Positions 39,337-49,211 of a DNA stretch of 64,000 nucleotides are shown here, in pieces; position 1 is the first letter of the stretch; every line of letters begins with the position of its first letter. This DNA is from an uncultured Candidatus Saccharibacteria bacterium (GTDB lineage: Bacteria > Patescibacteriota > Minisyncoccia > Phycocordibacterales > Phycocordibacteraceae): the NCBI GenBank assembly GCA_964357395.1, contig CAYHLC010000002.1:41033-105032 (forward strand), in the 5' to 3' direction. The notes under the pieces were generated by a model. That model made no database searches. It saw only the letters and a list, made by a program, of their open reading frames with translations, and was not told the DNA's origin. The position numbers and the translations under genes were made by a program.

Positions 39337-39819
39337 ATGAATCCAACCAAACGACTCACCTTTCATCCACTCACTCCCGAATGGGCTGGATTGATTTTTG
39401 AGCATAATACAGGAAATGTTAAGGATTACTTTTATAACTTTAAGTCAGAGGAGGATGCACGCGTTTGGGTTGCGCAGGCAATAGCAGCTGCCAAGGATAC
39501 TGATAAGGAAGAGTTTGTGATACTCGCTAATGGCGAGTTTGTCGGTATGATTTCGTCGCGCACAAATAGTGATAGCACTGGTGACATTGGCATGTGGATC
39601 GCAGAATCACAACAGCGAAAAGGGTATGGCCGCGAGGCGCTGAAGGCAGCAATTGATTATCTGAAAGCCAAAGGAGTTCTGAAGATTGTGTATGAGATAG
39701 AAAAAGGCAATGTAGCAAGCATGGCCCTCTCTACCTCACTGGGCATGAAGCCAGCTTCGAGCGATGACAAGTATCACCAATTTATTCTTGATCTCGTCTC
39801 ACCACAATGGCCTGGCTAG
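39337..39819 (+). CDS. GNAT family N-acetyltransferase (RimJ/RimL-like)
   Basis: Acetyl-CoA motif QQRKGYGREALKAAIDYL. Start ATG at 39337 (MNPTKRL); the track ORF begins at 39298. Confidence 0.75.
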   Translation: MNPTKRLTFHPLTPEWAGLIFEHNTGNVKDYFYNFKSEEDARVWVAQAIAAAKDTDKEEFVILANGEFVGMISSRTNSDSTGDIGMWIAESQQRKGYGREALKAAIDYLKAKGVLKIVYEIEKGNVASMALSTSLGMKPASSDDKYHQFILDLVSPQWPG

Positions 39820-39903
39820 TTGCAATCGCTTGTTCTCGAGACGGTTTACTACGGCGCTCTCCTCCGTCGTCATGGGATGTAATATTTGCATGAATTCATA
39901 TGA

Positions 39904-39932
39904 TTGACAACAAGTACCAGATTTGCATAACT
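39904..39932 (+). promoter_or_regulatory. Promoter candidate TTGACA-17-ATAACT upstream of the RHS gene, flanked by repeated ATTTGCAT motifs
   Basis: Direct read: TTGACA at 39904-39909 and ATAACT at 39927-39932. ATTTGCAT occurs at about 39885 and 39921. Confidence 0.4.
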
Positions 39933-39968
39933 GTAGGCATGAATGGGCTTTGGGGTCTACCCGGTCCT

Positions 39969-42900
39969 ATGCGCATCGTTTCGTTTGCGCTTCTCATTTT
40001 CTTTGCGTTGCCGATTACGCTTTATGCGGCGTTTGGTGATGGCGCTCCAACGATCTTTAACCCAGACGTATTTACCGATACGTCATCTCAACTTCGCGTC
40101 GATGGGTCTACTGGGGCGTTTACTCAGCGAGTTTCGATTGCTATTCCACCGGGGCGGAGTAGCCTGCAGCCGGACCTGGCGCTCGACTATAATAGTCAGC
40201 GCGCGGAGGACAGCATAGTTGGGTACGGTTGGTCGCTCTCGATCCCATATATCCAACGCTTCGCCCCAACAGGCTCGCAGGACTTGTACTCGGGCAATGC
40301 GCGCTTCATCTCTTCGATGGATGGTGAGCTGGTAGCAGTTACTGCACCAACAGTTACACACCGTGCCAGAGTTGATACCGGCGCGTATAACGCCTATACC
40401 TATTTGAACAATACGTGGGTGGTGTATGACAAAAAGGGTACCAAGTATACCTTCGGCTCCGCAGACAGTGGACGGCAGTACGATACTGCTACTACCTCGA
40501 CCCGGACGTACAAGTGGACGTTGCAGGAGATTCGGGACACCAACAATAACTACATTACCTATACCTACTCGAAGAGTGGTAACGAGATCTACCCGGCTAC
40601 CGTTACATATACCGGTAACAATGTTACCGAGGGACCCTTCACCGTCAACTTTGCGACTAGCACCAGGCCAGACGTGCGCGAGAGCTACAAGCCAGGCTTC
40701 AAAGTCACCACGAACTATCGGATTTCGGAGATAACCGCCTCGATCTCGGGCTCAGTAGTCAACCGCTATACACTCGCATACGGGACAGGCTCTAACAACA
40801 AGCGCTCGCTGCTTACCTCTGTGCAGCGCCAGGGCTATGCCGAGGACGCGTCGTCGGTGACGCTCCCTGCCATGACCTTTACCTACGCCAGCTCCTCGTC
40901 GATGTTCTATGCCCCAAGCGGAGGCGGGTACCAACTGCAACAGGCGTACCTAGCCGCTGATGCAAACGGCAACGGCATACTTGATGTCAACTATTTCAAC
41001 AACAATAATAACGGTACGGGGAACCATGGTGAGATTTACGCGGACCAAGCTACGAGTGTACAAAATCTAGTGCCACCAGAGTTCTGGGGCTATTTCGGTA
41101 CCCCACAGGAACGCGGTACTCGTTTTCTTGATGTGAATGGTGATGGCAAGGCTGACATTGTACGTGGTCTTAAGGACGACGCACAGAGCACAACAACATC
41201 GAGCCTCTATACCAACGCTGGCGGATACAGTTGGGCGGCGTCGTCAACGTTCAATGGGGTTATCCCAGCATTTGGATACTACGACCCGTCATCATACGCC
41301 TTCACCACCGGCATTTTCGGGGAGGTAAATGGTGATGGACTGCCGGACTATGCGATGCATTTCCCAAACACGGCAACAGAAACGTATCTGGGCAACGGCT
41401 CTGCATGGACTGCAACTTCCACTATATTTGCCCCACTATACGCCTTCCCATTCTCTGCGCCGACTGAACGTGCATCACAGCTGGTAGATGTTAATGCTGA
41501 TGGCCTCGATGATTGGGTGTATTCGGATGGCTCAAGCACGCTGGTGCGTCTCAATAACGGTACCGGGTGGGACGCTGCTGCAAGCAGCCAGTGGACTGTT
41601 GCCACCTCGACCCTCTATGCTATTGGCGGCGGATACCACGACCGCGGTATACGGTTTATGGACCTAAACGGCGACGGTCTGCAAGACTACGTGCGCTCAT
41701 ACGGAGCTGCGTGTACGCAGAGCACATTGGTAGAGGCGACTACTACCCAGCAGGTGTTGCTCAATACTGGCAATGGCTGGGCTACCTCGACCGCATACAC
41801 GCTTCCTGCAGCTGTCACCTACGCTCAGGGAAGTGGTGGTACGTGCAATGGTGGCTTTTCATACAGCGAATATGCAAATTGGACTGGGAACGGGCAGATG
41901 CTGCAGGACGTGATCACGAGTGTTACCTCGTCGCAAGGCGCGACCAAGACTATTACCTACACACCATCAGCGCAGCTCGGTACTAACCCCGATCTGCCAG
42001 TGTCGCTCCTCGTGGTCACGCAGATTGTTGAGAATGACGGCTTTAGTACCTCTGGTACTACGTCGTATGCGTATCAGGGTGGCAAGATCTACTTGGACGG
42101 GGGAGTGGCGGATAGGAAGTTTGCTGGCTTTGCAATCTCCACAGTCACCGCGCCCGACGCAATCACTACTACGTATTACAACCAGGGGGATGGTATCAAC
42201 ACTGCACTCGGCGAGCAAAGCGACGGCTTCGGTCAGATCAACCGACCATTCCGCAAGGACGTGCTGGACCTCAGCGAGACCCTGGTACAGCGCATGTACT
42301 ACCGATCCGACACCAATACCGCCTCGAGCAGCATATTTGTTGGTACTGGACGCGAGATGACGTTTGATTACGGTACGGGAGGGTCACACCGTGATAGGGC
42401 CTCTGAGTACGTGTATGCGACCACAAGTCGTGACGTAATAAGCATGACCGAGTATGGTCAGGTCACCGGCTCCGCAGACGGCACCTTTAGCGATACTGGC
42501 ACTGACAAGAGGACGGCAGTATTTGCATACACCGCAAGCAGTACAGCTGTCAGTCTACCGAGGACTAAAACATTGTTTGATAATGCTGGCGCGACCACCA
42601 CTGACGAACGTTATTACTACGACGGCCTGGCGCTTGGCAGTGCTACCAAGGGTAATAGAACGAAAGTGGAGCGACTCAAATCAGGATCGACCTATGTCAG
42701 TGACCAGCTCGCCTTTAATACATACGGCCTGGTCGCGTCTACAACTGATCCGCGGGGTAATATCACCACACTAACCTACGACGCACGTAACCTGTATGTT
42801 GCAACCAGTACCAACCCACTGTCGCATCAGACCCAGTTCTATTACGACTACACACTTGGCAAGCCGAAGCAGACGATAGATCCGAACACTCGTGTATTTG

Positions 42901-45900
42901 AGACCACGTATGATGGCCTAGACCGACCACTGTTAGAAAAGCAGCCGGACATCGCAAGTCCCGGTAGTCTTGCTAGCAAAAAAGCCTATACATACACCGA
43001 CACTGTTGGCTCGCGGAAGGTTGTGGAGACCAACTACCTAGATAGTTCAACTGACTTTATAGTACATACCTACCTTGATGGGCTGGACAAGGTGCTCCAG
43101 ACCCGCAAGGAAGCTGAGGCGACTGACGAGTTTGTAGTCAGGGACTTTGCGTATAACCCTACAACAGGTCTACTAAAGCAAGAGTCCTTGCCATACTTCG
43201 GGACCGGTTCGGCTCGGGCGAGTGCCACCACCAACCTGCCATACCTCGCTCGGTATACCTACGATCCGCTAAAGCGCATACTGACACTCGCAAACGCGGT
43301 GGGTACTACCACCAGCTCATACAATCAGGCAACGACAACTATTACAGACGTGCTCGGGAACTCTAAGGACTTTGGCTATGACGCATATGGCCGTCTTTCA
43401 GAAGTAATAGAGCGAGAAGATAGTAACAGCTACACCACCAAGTATCAGTATGATGCACCGGGTAACCTAACCCGGGTTACAGACGCGGATCAGAGCATAC
43501 GCAACTTTACCTACGACTCACTCGGTCGACGCCTTACCGCACAGGACCTGCATGATGCGGGCGACGGCACCTTCGGCACATGGACGTACGTGTACGATAC
43601 TGCATCTAACCTCGCTTCCACTACCGATCCGAAGGGTCAATTGGTCAACTACTCATACGACAGCCTCAACCGCGTGCTAACAGAGGACTATACCGGTCTT
43701 GCAGGTACCGAGGTGCAGTATGCATACGACACCTGTGCCGAGGGTAAGCCGCGCCTCTGCACGGCAACATCAACTGGCGCTGTCACCAAGTTTACCTACA
43801 ATGCACTTGGACTCCCCGCAACCGAAAGCAAGGCTATTGGAATTGCGAGTTATGTAACGAGCTACAGCTACAACCGCCTCGGTGGCCTGGCTGGCATTGT
43901 GTATCCAGACAGCTCGGAGGTGCAATACACCTACAACACCGCAGGCCTTTTGGAGAGCGTGGCGCAAAAGGAGTCCGGCGGGGCATTTGCCGATGTAGTA
44001 AATGGTATCCAGTACGCACCGACCGAAAAAGCTACCTTCAAAAACTTTGCAAACGGGGTGCAGAGCACCTATACGTTTGATGCAAACGAGCTATACCGCC
44101 TCCGCTCGATAGTGACCGGCGTGCCTCAGGGCGAGGGACTCATGGGTGGGGGAGGCGAACTCGGATTTGCTAACAATCCGTGGCAGAGCCTCGCACTTGC
44201 GCTCGAGGAACTGCCGTGGGCGCTCCTCGACGGGCTCGACCTCCCTGAGGAGATCGTGGATGCCCTGGAGCCGGAAGCCGCCACGACGACCGAGCCAGTA
44301 GTCGAAGAAGTAGTGGAGGAAGTCGCCACCACCACGGAACCGCTCCCGGAGCCTGAAATTGCAACGACCACCGAGCCAATACTCGAGGAAGTGCTAATGG
44401 AGGAGGCTACCTCAACTGAGCCGACGATAGTTGAGGAGCTTGTGTTTGATGAAATCAGCACAACTACACCAGAAACGATTCTTGAAGAGGTACTGAAGCC
44501 TGTAAGTATACGAGCACTGCTCACTGACAAATCGAGCGCAGAGAAAGCCACGATCAAGGGTGCGGAGATTGCAAAGGTGGGACAGATAGCGCGCACCGTT
44601 CGGGCTAACCATGACCTCGAGGTGGTATCGCTAGAGCCCATCGAGGGAGGGGTGCAGGTATTTGCACGAGCGTGGAGCAAGGAGGGTGAGCAAATAGGGT
44701 TTGGTGCTGACGGCACTGTTGATATCGAGCGCTTCCGCATCTACAACCCGCCAATCCTCGTACCCGACGAAGCGGGAGATATAGTCCAGACGTACGTAGA
44801 CTTTGATGGCAAGGAACATGCCCGTACGCTGCGCGAGGACCCCGAGGAGGCACTGCTCCAGGTTATCGAGCAAGCGCTCCCTACGATGAAGAACAAGCAC
44901 TCGGCCGAGCGTATAGAGAAGGACAAGCAGGGGAACACGACGTCGATCTTCTACCCCGACCCTAGTCCCGAAGTGTCGAGCGTTGACGGATATTTGGGGT
45001 ACAACGAAACGAGCTGTGCAACTGGTGTTGCCTTCAGTACTGCTCAGTCTGCTGCCGATGCAACGGGTGGGAGCGATACTACTGTGTCAGCCGCAGCGAT
45101 ACGTTTGGAGCGATGTGGTGGCGGCAACGGTGGCTCAGCTTCGACGTTCCGTACTCTATTCAAAGCGTACTTCCTGTTCGACACTGCCCCAATCGTCTCA
45201 GGCTCAACTATCGACTCTGCAACCCTGTCGCTGTACGGGATAGATGTAGGAGCACTGAGCTCCGGCTGGCTGACAGCTGCTGAACGGTCCTTCTATATCG
45301 CATCATCCAGCCCAGCCTCAAACACTGCTGTTACTAACGCAGACTGGGATCAGGTTGGAACAACGACAGCGTTCTATACGAATGATTTCGGCGACGCCGG
45401 CGGTTCGTGGAATATCAGTGGGTACAACGACATGGCGCTGAACGCCTCTGGAAAGGCAGCCATCAATGAGAGCGGTGTGACTACGTTAGCGACAATGACT
45501 GGTGCGCAGTTCCTTAATGACGAGCCGGCAGCGACGGCTGGAGCGATATACCAACTGACGTCATACCAGGCCGATGAGACAGGGACTACGCAAGACCCCA
45601 AGCTCACTGTCGAGACGAGTGCGGGCGGCGGCGGAGGGAGTCCGGATTTGCAAAACCTCACCTACACCTACGACGCAGTGGGGAATATAACACTTTTGCA
45701 AGACGCCTCCGACACCGACACCATCCACACCACCGTGTTCGGATACGACGACCTGTACCGACTCACCACCGCATCCACCACCGCGGCAAGCTCCACCCCG
45801 TTCAGCCACGTGTACACGTACGACAAGCTCGGCAACCTGACCTCCAAGACTGGCAGTGGCTCATACACATACGCAGAGACCGGGTACGCCAACCCTCACG

Positions 45901-47585
45901 CCCCAACGACCATAAATGGCAAGGTGCTGTCATACGACCAGAACGGCAACCTCACAAACTACGCCTCCACCACCAACACATGGGACTATCGCAACCGACT
46001 CAGTATCTCGTACGCCTCCTCCAGCCCCACCACCTTCTACCAATACGACCACACTGTCCAGCGCATGACGAAGGGCAATGGCACTGCTACCACCACGTAT
46101 CCCAATCGATACTTCAACGTATCCTCCGCCACCACGACCAAACACATCTATACCCCCGATGGCGAACTGATCGTCACCGTCACCACACTTGGTGGTGGTG
46201 GCGGAGCTGCATCGAGCACTGCTGCGAAGGTCGCAGGCTCCATTCCATCCTCGACCGGCTGGTCCAACCTCACCCAGACACACCTCGGCACTTCAGACAA
46301 CTCCAAGGCAACCTGCAACGGCACCTGTGACAATAGTGACAACGGCCAGGCCTCCACCTTCACCTTTGGCATTGCTGCGAGCTCCACCATCTCTGGGATA
46401 GAGGTCCAGGCCGAGATGGCAGAGGGGAGCTCGTCAGGGAACATTGGAGCCCTCTTCAGCCTCTCTTGGAACAATGGCTCATCCTGGACCAGCACCAAGA
46501 CTGCCACCGTGGATGGCACGACCGACGCCACATACACCCTTGGGGGTGCCACCGACACCTGGGGGAGGAGCTGGACCGATACAGAGCTCGGAGATGCCAC
46601 CTTCAGAGTCAAGCTCGACAAGGTATCGAGCTCCGACACCCTCCATGTTGACTATCTCACTGTCCGCGTGTACTACACCCCTCCTGCTGGTGCGGCAACC
46701 TCCACCCTCGCCTATATCCACCTCGACCACCTCGGAGGGACGAATGTGGTCACCGACGCTACTGGCACTGCTACCCAACTCCTCGACTACTACCCCTATG
46801 GCACCGAGCGTATCAACACTGGCTCCACCACATCGCAGCGCACCTTCATAGGGGAGATGACCGACACCGAGACCTCGATGAGTTATCTCAATGCACGTAT
46901 GTACCAGGACGAGCGTGGCCAGTTCCTCAGCCAGGATCCGGTGTTTTGGGAGATCAGCCAAACGCAAGACGGCAAGATGATGCTTGCGAACCCACAACTC
47001 GCTAACAGCTACTCCTATGCAGGCGGAAACCCGATAACTCAGAAGGATCCTACAGGGAGGTACGTAGAGACTGCGTTTGATGTAGCCATGCTTGCGATAT
47101 CAGTAAACGCATTCCGCAATGACCCAAGTATTACAAATGCCGGAGCGGTTATACTGGATGGCGGAGCACTGCTGTTACCAGTCCCCGCGATTGGCGGTTG
47201 GGCGTTGCGCGGCGCAAATGCTGCAGGGGATGCTGCTCGTGTTCAAAACTGGGGTAATCCCGCCACACTAGCAGACCACTTTGGAAGACACGGTGCTGAT
47301 TTTGGTGCGAAATCTGCATCAAGCTACGCACAAAAGGCACAGAACTTCTATAAATCCTCACAATCAAATTCGTACCTACAAAAGGTGGACTCAAACGGTA
47401 TTATGCGTGTGTATGATCCAAAGACTAACACTTTAGGGGTTTATGGCAGTGACGGCTCAACAAAATCATTTTTCAAGCCCGATCCATCCGTCCACGGTTA
47501 CAAGTCAAATATGGATTATTGGAATGCCCAGAAAGGCCAGTCAGGATCAACTGGCACTTCTGCAAAATCAAAAAATGAAAAATAA
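39969..47585 (+). CDS. Giant secreted SpvB/TcB-like + FG-GAP + RHS/YD-repeat polymorphic toxin with an RHS core and a C-terminal variable toxin tip
   Basis: Signal peptide MRIVSFALLIFFALPITLYAAFG. SpvB-like region PPGRSSLQPDLALDYNSQ..GYGWSLSIPYIQR. FG-GAP repeats (DVNGDGKAD, VNGDGLPD, DVNADGLDD, DLNGDGLQD). Many YD repeats (YDAYGRL, YDAPGNL, YDSLGRR, YDKLGNL). RHS core YIHLDHLGG...YSYAGGNPITQKDPTGRY. Start options are 39900, 39939 and 39969; 39969 fits the promoter and signal peptide. Confidence 0.9.
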   Translation: MRIVSFALLIFFALPITLYAAFGDGAPTIFNPDVFTDTSSQLRVDGSTGAFTQRVSIAIPPGRSSLQPDLALDYNSQRAEDSIVGYGWSLSIPYIQRFAPTGSQDLYSGNARFISSMDGELVAVTAPTVTHRARVDTGAYNAYTYLNNTWVVYDKKGTKYTFGSADSGRQYDTATTSTRTYKWTLQEIRDTNNNYITYTYSKSGNEIYPATVTYTGNNVTEGPFTVNFATSTRPDVRESYKPGFKVTTNYRISEITASISGSVVNRYTLAYGTGSNNKRSLLTSVQRQGYAEDASSVTLPAMTFTYASSSSMFYAPSGGGYQLQQAYLAADANGNGILDVNYFNNNNNGTGNHGEIYADQATSVQNLVPPEFWGYFGTPQERGTRFLDVNGDGKADIVRGLKDDAQSTTTSSLYTNAGGYSWAASSTFNGVIPAFGYYDPSSYAFTTGIFGEVNGDGLPDYAMHFPNTATETYLGNGSAWTATSTIFAPLYAFPFSAPTERASQLVDVNADGLDDWVYSDGSSTLVRLNNGTGWDAAASSQWTVATSTLYAIGGGYHDRGIRFMDLNGDGLQDYVRSYGAACTQSTLVEATTTQQVLLNTGNGWATSTAYTLPAAVTYAQGSGGTCNGGFSYSEYANWTGNGQMLQDVITSVTSSQGATKTITYTPSAQLGTNPDLPVSLLVVTQIVENDGFSTSGTTSYAYQGGKIYLDGGVADRKFAGFAISTVTAPDAITTTYYNQGDGINTALGEQSDGFGQINRPFRKDVLDLSETLVQRMYYRSDTNTASSSIFVGTGREMTFDYGTGGSHRDRASEYVYATTSRDVISMTEYGQVTGSADGTFSDTGTDKRTAVFAYTASSTAVSLPRTKTLFDNAGATTTDERYYYDGLALGSATKGNRTKVERLKSGSTYVSDQLAFNTYGLVASTTDPRGNITTLTYDARNLYVATSTNPLSHQTQFYYDYTLGKPKQTIDPNTRVFETTYDGLDRPLLEKQPDIASPGSLASKKAYTYTDTVGSRKVVETNYLDSSTDFIVHTYLDGLDKVLQTRKEAEATDEFVVRDFAYNPTTGLLKQESLPYFGTGSARASATTNLPYLARYTYDPLKRILTLANAVGTTTSSYNQATTTITDVLGNSKDFGYDAYGRLSEVIEREDSNSYTTKYQYDAPGNLTRVTDADQSIRNFTYDSLGRRLTAQDLHDAGDGTFGTWTYVYDTASNLASTTDPKGQLVNYSYDSLNRVLTEDYTGLAGTEVQYAYDTCAEGKPRLCTATSTGAVTKFTYNALGLPATESKAIGIASYVTSYSYNRLGGLAGIVYPDSSEVQYTYNTAGLLESVAQKESGGAFADVVNGIQYAPTEKATFKNFANGVQSTYTFDANELYRLRSIVTGVPQGEGLMGGGGELGFANNPWQSLALALEELPWALLDGLDLPEEIVDALEPEAATTTEPVVEEVVEEVATTTEPLPEPEIATTTEPILEEVLMEEATSTEPTIVEELVFDEISTTTPETILEEVLKPVSIRALLTDKSSAEKATIKGAEIAKVGQIARTVRANHDLEVVSLEPIEGGVQVFARAWSKEGEQIGFGADGTVDIERFRIYNPPILVPDEAGDIVQTYVDFDGKEHARTLREDPEEALLQVIEQALPTMKNKHSAERIEKDKQGNTTSIFYPDPSPEVSSVDGYLGYNETSCATGVAFSTAQSAADATGGSDTTVSAAAIRLERCGGGNGGSASTFRTLFKAYFLFDTAPIVSGSTIDSATLSLYGIDVGALSSGWLTAAERSFYIASSSPASNTAVTNADWDQVGTTTAFYTNDFGDAGGSWNISGYNDMALNASGKAAINESGVTTLATMTGAQFLNDEPAATAGAIYQLTSYQADETGTTQDPKLTVETSAGGGGGSPDLQNLTYTYDAVGNITLLQDASDTDTIHTTVFGYDDLYRLTTASTTAASSTPFSHVYTYDKLGNLTSKTGSGSYTYAETGYANPHAPTTINGKVLSYDQNGNLTNYASTTNTWDYRNRLSISYASSSPTTFYQYDHTVQRMTKGNGTATTTYPNRYFNVSSATTTKHIYTPDGELIVTVTTLGGGGGAASSTAAKVAGSIPSSTGWSNLTQTHLGTSDNSKATCNGTCDNSDNGQASTFTFGIAASSTISGIEVQAEMAEGSSSGNIGALFSLSWNNGSSWTSTKTATVDGTTDATYTLGGATDTWGRSWTDTELGDATFRVKLDKVSSSDTLHVDYLTVRVYYTPPAGAATSTLAYIHLDHLGGTNVVTDATGTATQLLDYYPYGTERINTGSTTSQRTFIGEMTDTETSMSYLNARMYQDERGQFLSQDPVFWEISQTQDGKMMLANPQLANSYSYAGGNPITQKDPTGRYVETAFDVAMLAISVNAFRNDPSITNAGAVILDGGALLLPVPAIGGWALRGANAAGDAARVQNWGNPATLADHFGRHGADFGAKSASSYAQKAQNFYKSSQSNSYLQKVDSNGIMRVYDPKTNTLGVYGSDGSTKSFFKPDPSVHGYKSNMDYWNAQKGQSGSTGTSAKSKNEK
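44272..44500 (+). repeat. In-frame tandem acidic repeats (ATTTEP-x-EEV-like units, about 5 copies) inside the RHS gene
   Basis: Translation EPEAATTTEPVVEEVVEEVATTTEPLPEPEIATTTEPILEEVLMEEATSTEPTIVEELVFDEISTTTPETILEEVLKP. Confidence 0.6.
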
Positions 47586-47853
47586 TCACATAACATATTG
47601 TCCGGTTTGCGGGTATGATCTGGGTTTCCCTGCCTGGAATGATCAGGGCCCTTCAAATGAAATTTGCCCCTCCTGTGGTATCCAGTTTGGCTACGATGAC
47701 GCATTGGGCGGAAGAGTAAGTGACAGGGCGATTTTTTACCAGGGCTGGCGTAGGAAATGGGCTGTCGATGGCAAGCTATGGTTCTCGAAAACTACACCTC
47801 CCAAGAATTGGAGCGCTGAGACTCAAATTAAAAGCATCCTGGCTGACGAGTAA
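47575..47853 (+). CDS. Candidate cognate immunity protein (92-aa double zinc-ribbon: CPVC...CPSC)
   Basis: ATG at 47575 overlaps the RHS stop by 11 nt: MKNNHITYCPVCGYDLGFPAWNDQGPSNEICPSCGIQFGYDD. Position-based inference. Confidence 0.45.
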   Translation: MKNNHITYCPVCGYDLGFPAWNDQGPSNEICPSCGIQFGYDDALGGRVSDRAIFYQGWRRKWAVDGKLWFSKTTPPKNWSAETQIKSILADE

Positions 47854-47874
47854 CCGAGAGCATCACTAGAATCT

Positions 47875-48102
47875 ATGGAAAAAATTGTGTTTATCACCGC
47901 TGGTCTGATATCCACCTACTTCTCTGGACGTTGCTTCTTTGATATGGAGTTTGCGAAGAAGTATGCTGCGGAGAGTCCAAAAACATACTTACTTAGAACG
48001 CTCTTTAGTCACGAGAAGACATTGACTGCACTTCGATATTTCTTCGCCCCACTTGGAGTACTTCTTGGAATAATCTTAGTAGTATACGGTTTGTTGCTAT
48101 AA
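47875..48102 (+). CDS. Small membrane protein (possible second immunity or orphan)
   Basis: 75-aa ORF with two hydrophobic helices. Confidence 0.3.
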   Translation: MEKIVFITAGLISTYFSGRCFFDMEFAKKYAAESPKTYLLRTLFSHEKTLTALRYFFAPLGVLLGIILVVYGLLL

Positions 48103-48273
48103 ACCTTTGGAGATAAGTATCTCACTCCATTCCTATATGGTTATCGAGCAACGCGGGAAGAGAAGAGAAATGGTAACAGCAAGAACTGCCGATTTGGATA
48201 TTGAACTCTCACCAATGTGGGATGCATATCAGGGGAAACGGTGTCAGGTACCGTTTCGTGATACACTTGCCCT

Positions 48274-48948
48274 ATGGGCCGTCCTCCACGCATAGATCTG
48301 GGCAACTACCTATACCACATCATCAATCGCGCTAACAGTCGCCAGACTATATTCCGCACCACTAAGGACTATCAACATTTCGAGACACTCCTAGAGGAGG
48401 CGCAGAAAAAGTTCGACATGCGGATTGTTGCGTATACAATCATGCCGAACCACTGGCACCTCTTCCTATACCCTAAGGAGGAGGGTGACCTCTCCTCTTT
48501 CATGCAGTGGCTCACCTTAACCCACACGCAGCAGTATCATGCCAAGACACGGACCATAGGGTACGGCCACATCTATCAGGGAAGATACAAATCATTTATC
48601 GTAGAGAAGGATCCGTACTTCCTCACACTGCTCAAGTACATAGAGCGTAACCCTGTGCGTGCAAAGCTCGCAAACAGAGTCGAAGACTGGCACTGGGGGA
48701 GTGGATACCGAAGGATGTCTGGTACAGAGAAGGAACAGCAGCTTCTCTCTGAATCACCGGTCCATCTTCCAAAGAACTATCGTACCTGGGTTAATACTTC
48801 TGAATCTAAGAAGGAACTCGAATCAGTACGTGCCTCTGTCAACAAGGGGACTCCTCTTGGTACTATGGACTGGACCAGGCGGATGGTTGACCGCTTTGGA
48901 CTTGAACTTACTACGCGGAGTCCAGGAAGACCAAAGAATGGTACCTGA
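48274..48948 (+). CDS. tnpA: IS200/IS605-family Y1 (HUH) transposase, RAYT-like (REP-associated tyrosine transposase-like)
   Basis: HuH motif PNHWHLFL and catalytic-Tyr region IYQGRYKSF. N-terminus YHIINRANSRQTIF is typical of Y1_Tnp. Confidence 0.8.
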   Translation: MGRPPRIDLGNYLYHIINRANSRQTIFRTTKDYQHFETLLEEAQKKFDMRIVAYTIMPNHWHLFLYPKEEGDLSSFMQWLTLTHTQQYHAKTRTIGYGHIYQGRYKSFIVEKDPYFLTLLKYIERNPVRAKLANRVEDWHWGSGYRRMSGTEKEQQLLSESPVHLPKNYRTWVNTSESKKELESVRASVNKGTPLGTMDWTRRMVDRFGLELTTRSPGRPKNGT

Positions 48949-48991
48949 CACCATTTCCCCATTTCCATTTCCAAATGATATAATGTATTCT

Positions 48992-49192
48992 GTGATTGAA
49001 GCCAGCACCATTATTTGGGTAGGAATTGCAGGAATCTTACTGTATGTTGGCCTCCGCACTTTGTTGGACAAAAACTTTGTAAAGAAAATTGGTGGCAATT
49101 TCGTAACCCAGTATGTTATGAGTTTCAAGCTCATTGCTGCGGGGGTAGTAGTTTTGCTATTGCTCTACGCACTCTTTTTTGAAATACCATAG
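48992..49192 (+). CDS. Small membrane protein (66 aa)
   Basis: 3' part of track ORF 48659-49192. The ATG at 48992 sits inside an extended -10-like TGATATAAT. Two hydrophobic helices. Confidence 0.3.
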   Translation: MIEASTIIWVGIAGILLYVGLRTLLDKNFVKKIGGNFVTQYVMSFKLIAAGVVVLLLLYALFFEIP

Positions 49193-49211
49193 CGTTCGAA
49201 GTCTGCATTAA

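Noticed and set aside
39900-39968. Upstream extension of the RHS ORF (MIDNKYQICITVGMNGLWGLPGP...).
   Set aside because: This stretch contains the TTGACA-17-ATAACT promoter candidate, so it is probably untranslated. The signal-peptide-like MRIVSFALLIFF at 39969 is the more plausible start.
44272-44500. Tandem repeats considered as a possible CRISPR or VNTR array.
   Set aside because: They are in-frame coding repeats (TTTEP/EEV units) inside the RHS gene, and no spacer/repeat architecture is present anywhere in the window.
48659-48991. 5' part of track ORF 48659-49192, which overlaps the transposase gene in another frame.
   Set aside because: It overlaps a well-supported Y1 transposase. Only the 3' third (48992-49192), a hydrophobic mini-protein, looks real.
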